Source: a virus (Duplodnaviria > Caudoviricetes). From it: a stretch of 28,499 nt of DNA. The position numbers and the translations under genes are program-made. Numbering within the stretch: the first letter of the stretch is position 1; each line of letters begins with the position of its first letter. The stretch spans positions 1 to 28,499 of the IMG/VR virus record IMGVR_UViG_3300033076_001405; one strand, written 5' to 3'. The notes under the pieces are model-generated. The model searched no databases. It saw only the letters and a program-made list of their open reading frames with translations, and had not been told where the DNA came from. Shown piece after piece: positions 25,296 through 28,499 of this stretch.

Positions 25296-26249
25296 TCATA
25301 TTGCATTTACTTTTTTCTTAACTTCTAGAGCTTTTATTGTCTCTGGAGTTGTTATTGATCCATTGCCATTATCTTGGCCATTATACAAGGCATCTACTGA
25401 AGAGGCTTCAACTGAGAATATAATTTTTGTTGTATCTGAGAATTTTTTTAATGAATTTATATCTTTTTGTAAAATTTCGGGAACTATATAACCATTTAAT
25501 TTTATATTAAATGTACTTCTAACCATACGTTCATCATTATTAACCAATTCAGTTTGGAAACCAAAAGAATCAATCATAGCTCTAAATTTAAAACGTTCAG
25601 GATCACCCCAATACGCATCTGAAGCATAATTTATTGCTTCAACTATTTTATTTAATTGTTCTACATAATAAGTAAAAGCAATACATGTATAATTTATAGT
25701 AACATAATCAGGAATTACTGTAGCGTAAAATTGTTTTTCAGGAATTCTATTAGTTAATACTTTAAAGTTATCATATGAATTTCGAGCATCATATTTTTTC
25801 TGAGAGACACTATAATTATGAGGATTATTAGCATCTAATTTATTACTAATAGATCTAACTTTATCCATTGATTCACGTTTAAACATAATCAAAGGAGCCA
25901 TAATTTTTCCATTTTGATCTCTATAATAACCATCCTTTTGAAATGATTTCCATTTTTCAGGAGAACCATATATTACAGGTACAGGTAATCTTTCTCCGTT
26001 TTGATAAACAGAAGGTTGAATTACATTTTCAAAGTAATAAAATACGGCTTCATCAATATCTTTAATACCAACGCTAAATGGTTTTGTATTATCATCGCGA
26101 AATGATGTCTGTAATGCACGGTTAACACCAGGGACATTAGGATCGGCGTAATTTGGATTTCCCGCTGGTACATACGTTGATTTATGCTGTTCGACGCTAA
26201 TCTCACGTTGCGTCTTGGGTGTTGGTTTATTTAATCTATTAGTTGCCAT
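25296..26249 (-). CDS. Tail terminator / sheath stabiliser (T4 gp15-like)
   Basis: VPVIYGSPEKW...PLIMFKR...IPDYVTINY...EQLNKIVEAI pattern; follows the neck genes with a TAATG overlap. Confidence 0.75.
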   Translation of the reverse strand: MATNRLNKPTPKTQREISVEQHKSTYVPAGNPNYADPNVPGVNRALQTSFRDDNTKPFSVGIKDIDEAVFYYFENVIQPSVYQNGERLPVPVIYGSPEKWKSFQKDGYYRDQNGKIMAPLIMFKRESMDKVRSISNKLDANNPHNYSVSQKKYDARNSYDNFKVLTNRIPEKQFYATVIPDYVTINYTCIAFTYYVEQLNKIVEAINYASDAYWGDPERFKFRAMIDSFGFQTELVNNDERMVRSTFNIKLNGYIVPEILQKDINSLKKFSDTTKIIFSVEASSVDALYNGQDNGNGSITTPETIKALEVKKKVNAI

Positions 26250-26833
26250 TACATTCTAGATAATATTATATTTACTCGATCTGATGGTACATAATGACAA
26301 TCACATCTTACTTCTACATCCCATCCAAATTTTTCTAAACCTGGGTTTAAAGGGTTATTCCCAGCAGCATCGTAGTAAGGATATTCAGGATCTTTACCAA
26401 CGGTAAATTGGGTAGCATTTGTGTTATCTACTTCCCAATATCCATTTTGATAATTAATAATATCACCTACTTCTGGATGGATTTCAGCACCATATTGTAA
26501 TAATGGGTTTTGAAAAGTACCAAATGATCCTTGATTTATAGGATTTAATTTACTTAATAAATCATCACGTAAAAATCTAAAAGTCATAGTCCATGTAAAA
26601 TCAACACCTAAATCACTTGTTGGAGATTCTTGAGGGCCAACTTCTATTAAAGCAAATAACATTACGGGATCAGCAAAATTTCTACCTTCATAAGCTTCAC
26701 CGTACATATTTGTTTTAGTTTCACCTATTTTATATTTGTAATAAATAACTTCTTGAGATATAATATTTCCCATCAACTCTCGGTTGACTCTTCGGAACAT
26801 ACTTATATCTCTACCTTCACCGTATAATGCCAT
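26249..26833 (-). CDS. Head closure / neck protein (T4 gp14-like)
   Basis: QEVIYYK...NMYGEA...PEVGDIINYQNGYWEV pattern; sits between gp13-like and gp15-like genes. Confidence 0.7.
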   Translation of the reverse strand: MALYGEGRDISMFRRVNRELMGNIISQEVIYYKYKIGETKTNMYGEAYEGRNFADPVMLFALIEVGPQESPTSDLGVDFTWTMTFRFLRDDLLSKLNPINQGSFGTFQNPLLQYGAEIHPEVGDIINYQNGYWEVDNTNATQFTVGKDPEYPYYDAAGNNPLNPGLEKFGWDVEVRCDCHYVPSDRVNIILSRM

Positions 26834-26834
26834 A

Positions 26835-28064
26835 TTATCCTATAAAAATTGTCATTGGTACATTATTAATTTCAGCAACACGAGCTATTGATTCTGCTGC
26901 TCTTCTTTCAAGCAATGCTTGACGAGAAGTTTGATCAAAATATTCTCTCAATCTGGTGATTAATGCTTCTTTTTCTGCTTCTGCTGAAGATACTAAAGAA
27001 TCACCATTTAAAGTTACTTCTGCTCCTGGAATAGGAACTGTTGCATATTTATTTCTTACTAAACCTAATACTTCTTTAGCTTTAGCTAATGTATATTCAA
27101 ATATCCAACTTCTACCTATTGAATTAATTTGAGAATATGTTGGATTTTGATAAGGTACATTAGATGTATTTGAAATTTTATTAGTTCCATTAGCAAAAGC
27201 AGCATCTACTCTATCTTGAATTTTGATAAAATCAAATACTAAATAATGTCCATACCCTAAACCACCACCATCATCAATTCCTAAATCAAAATCACCAGTT
27301 CCAGGAATTGGAAATACTGAAATGATGTTATTAACTATGTTAAATGTATAATTAGAAAGTGTTACTGTGTTATTCATTTCAATTGCTTGAATGTTTTGCA
27401 TAGTAAAACTTGTTGGCATCATTAAGTAATTGGAATACCCATAACCTAGACCATAAACACCAGCTGCAGGAACACCTCCTAAACCATTACCAGCTCCTGT
27501 TCCTAACATAGGAGCATACATTTGACTAACTGCTGGAGGTGGTTGATAAAATACATTTTTAATTTCAATACCTCCAACAATACCATTAGCTTCTGCCCAA
27601 GCTGATAAATCATAGTCTTGAACACCTGGTTGAAGGACTAATTGACCTTTAAACCAAGTTACATTACCACCTGCTCCTGCTTCTTCACCATATTGTTGAG
27701 ATAATCTAACAATACTAGAAAATGTAGGAGTAACAACGTCTGTGTTAACATCCACAGATGTTGGGGCGCCTTCTAAAGATAAGTAATTATCTCGAGTTTG
27801 AAAAGCATATAATTCATTACCATATATGGTAACAGCTTCTTCAAATCCTGCCCAAAAATTAATATCTTGTAATTCTACGTTTTCAATAGGATAACCTAAA
27901 CGTAAAGCACAAAAATTAGCTACTTTATTAGCATCTGCTTGGAATTGAGAATCATTATCATAAAATCCAAAAGGTGTTGGTGGCGGCCAAGCCCCAGACA
28001 CATAGTATGATTGTGATACTTGTGCAAATGAAGATGAACCAGGCCATATTGGAATGTTTGCCAT
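26835..28064 (-). CDS. Neck / head-tail adaptor protein (T4 gp13-like)
   Basis: LRLGYPIENVEL and WIFEYTLAKAKEVLGLVRNKY..PGAEVTLNGD motifs typical of gp13. Confidence 0.82.
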   Translation of the reverse strand: MANIPIWPGSSSFAQVSQSYYVSGAWPPPTPFGFYDNDSQFQADANKVANFCALRLGYPIENVELQDINFWAGFEEAVTIYGNELYAFQTRDNYLSLEGAPTSVDVNTDVVTPTFSSIVRLSQQYGEEAGAGGNVTWFKGQLVLQPGVQDYDLSAWAEANGIVGGIEIKNVFYQPPPAVSQMYAPMLGTGAGNGLGGVPAAGVYGLGYGYSNYLMMPTSFTMQNIQAIEMNNTVTLSNYTFNIVNNIISVFPIPGTGDFDLGIDDGGGLGYGHYLVFDFIKIQDRVDAAFANGTNKISNTSNVPYQNPTYSQINSIGRSWIFEYTLAKAKEVLGLVRNKYATVPIPGAEVTLNGDSLVSSAEAEKEALITRLREYFDQTSRQALLERRAAESIARVAEINNVPMTIFIG

Positions 28065-28073
28065 ATTTTTTTA

Positions 28074-28496
28074 TTAGGTTGTTACAATATAATATTCTAT
28101 ACTAGCAGCACTACTTGAAGGTTGAACTTTTACTGATTTAATATCATCAAAAGATAAACCACTTGTACTTCCTGTCATTTTACTTGTAGATAACATATAT
28201 GAACTACCAGTAGCAATCATGTAACTCATTGCTTCTGTTGAAGAAGATATAATTAATTTAATAGGAGTAACAGTTGAATTATTAGTTACCCTAACATATT
28301 GTACACTACTTGTTACAAAAGTACCGGCACCTGGAACTGAATCCATTGAAAATAATGTTGTAACTGAACCTGTAGGAACACTTAAAATTCTGTTATCTAC
28401 GTAATTAACGTTATTAATTGTATTAGTAACAGAAGATCCTACATTATCTCCATTCAGTGTTAATATCTCAAATATTTGTGAGGTGAAAGTTGCCAT
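28074..28496 (-). CDS. Hypothetical Ser/Thr-rich beta-strand protein, probably virion structural (140 aa)
   Basis: ORF immediately upstream of the neck gene; beta-rich composition (VQYVRVTN); no catalytic motif. Confidence 0.7.
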   Translation of the reverse strand: MATFTSQIFEILTLNGDNVGSSVTNTINNVNYVDNRILSVPTGSVTTLFSMDSVPGAGTFVTSSVQYVRVTNNSTVTPIKLIISSSTEAMSYMIATGSSYMLSTSKMTGSTSGLSFDDIKSVKVQPSSSAASIEYYIVTT

Positions 28497-28499
28497 GCT

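Noticed and set aside
1-28499. Alternative genetic code (stop-codon reassignment)
   Set aside because: Genes are full-length and tightly packed under the standard code, and TAA, TAG and TGA all appear as plausible stops.

Overview
AT-rich bacteriophage DNA carrying a contractile-tail (T4-superfamily-like myovirus) morphogenesis module, entirely on the minus strand. In transcription order (right to left) it encodes: a Ser/Thr-rich small protein, gp13-like neck, gp14-like head closure, gp15-like tail terminator, an inserted ~13 kb cassette, tail sheath, tail tube, a gp26-like hub/assembly chaperone with an overlapping +1-frame gp51-like ORF, tape measure, an unannotated 54-aa ORF, tube initiator, LysM wedge protein, baseplate hub-like protein, a hypothetical protein and a truncated ORF. 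The inserted cassette is the most notable element. It holds a 2756-aa proline-free, almost uncharged Gly-X-X (Ser/Thr/Asn/Ala) repeat fibre, followed by three overlapping glycosyltransferase genes, one an Aah/TibC-type iron-binding protein O-heptosyltransferase homologue, and a small coiled-coil protein. I infer a phage-encoded virion protein-glycosylation system (glyco-fibre or glycan shield). A conserved ATATTTATA motif lies 10-31 nt upstream of seven genes, including the glycosyltransferase operon. A U7 slippery site suggests a programmed +1/-2 frameshift in the tail assembly chaperone. All family assignments come from motif recognition and synteny; no database searches were run.
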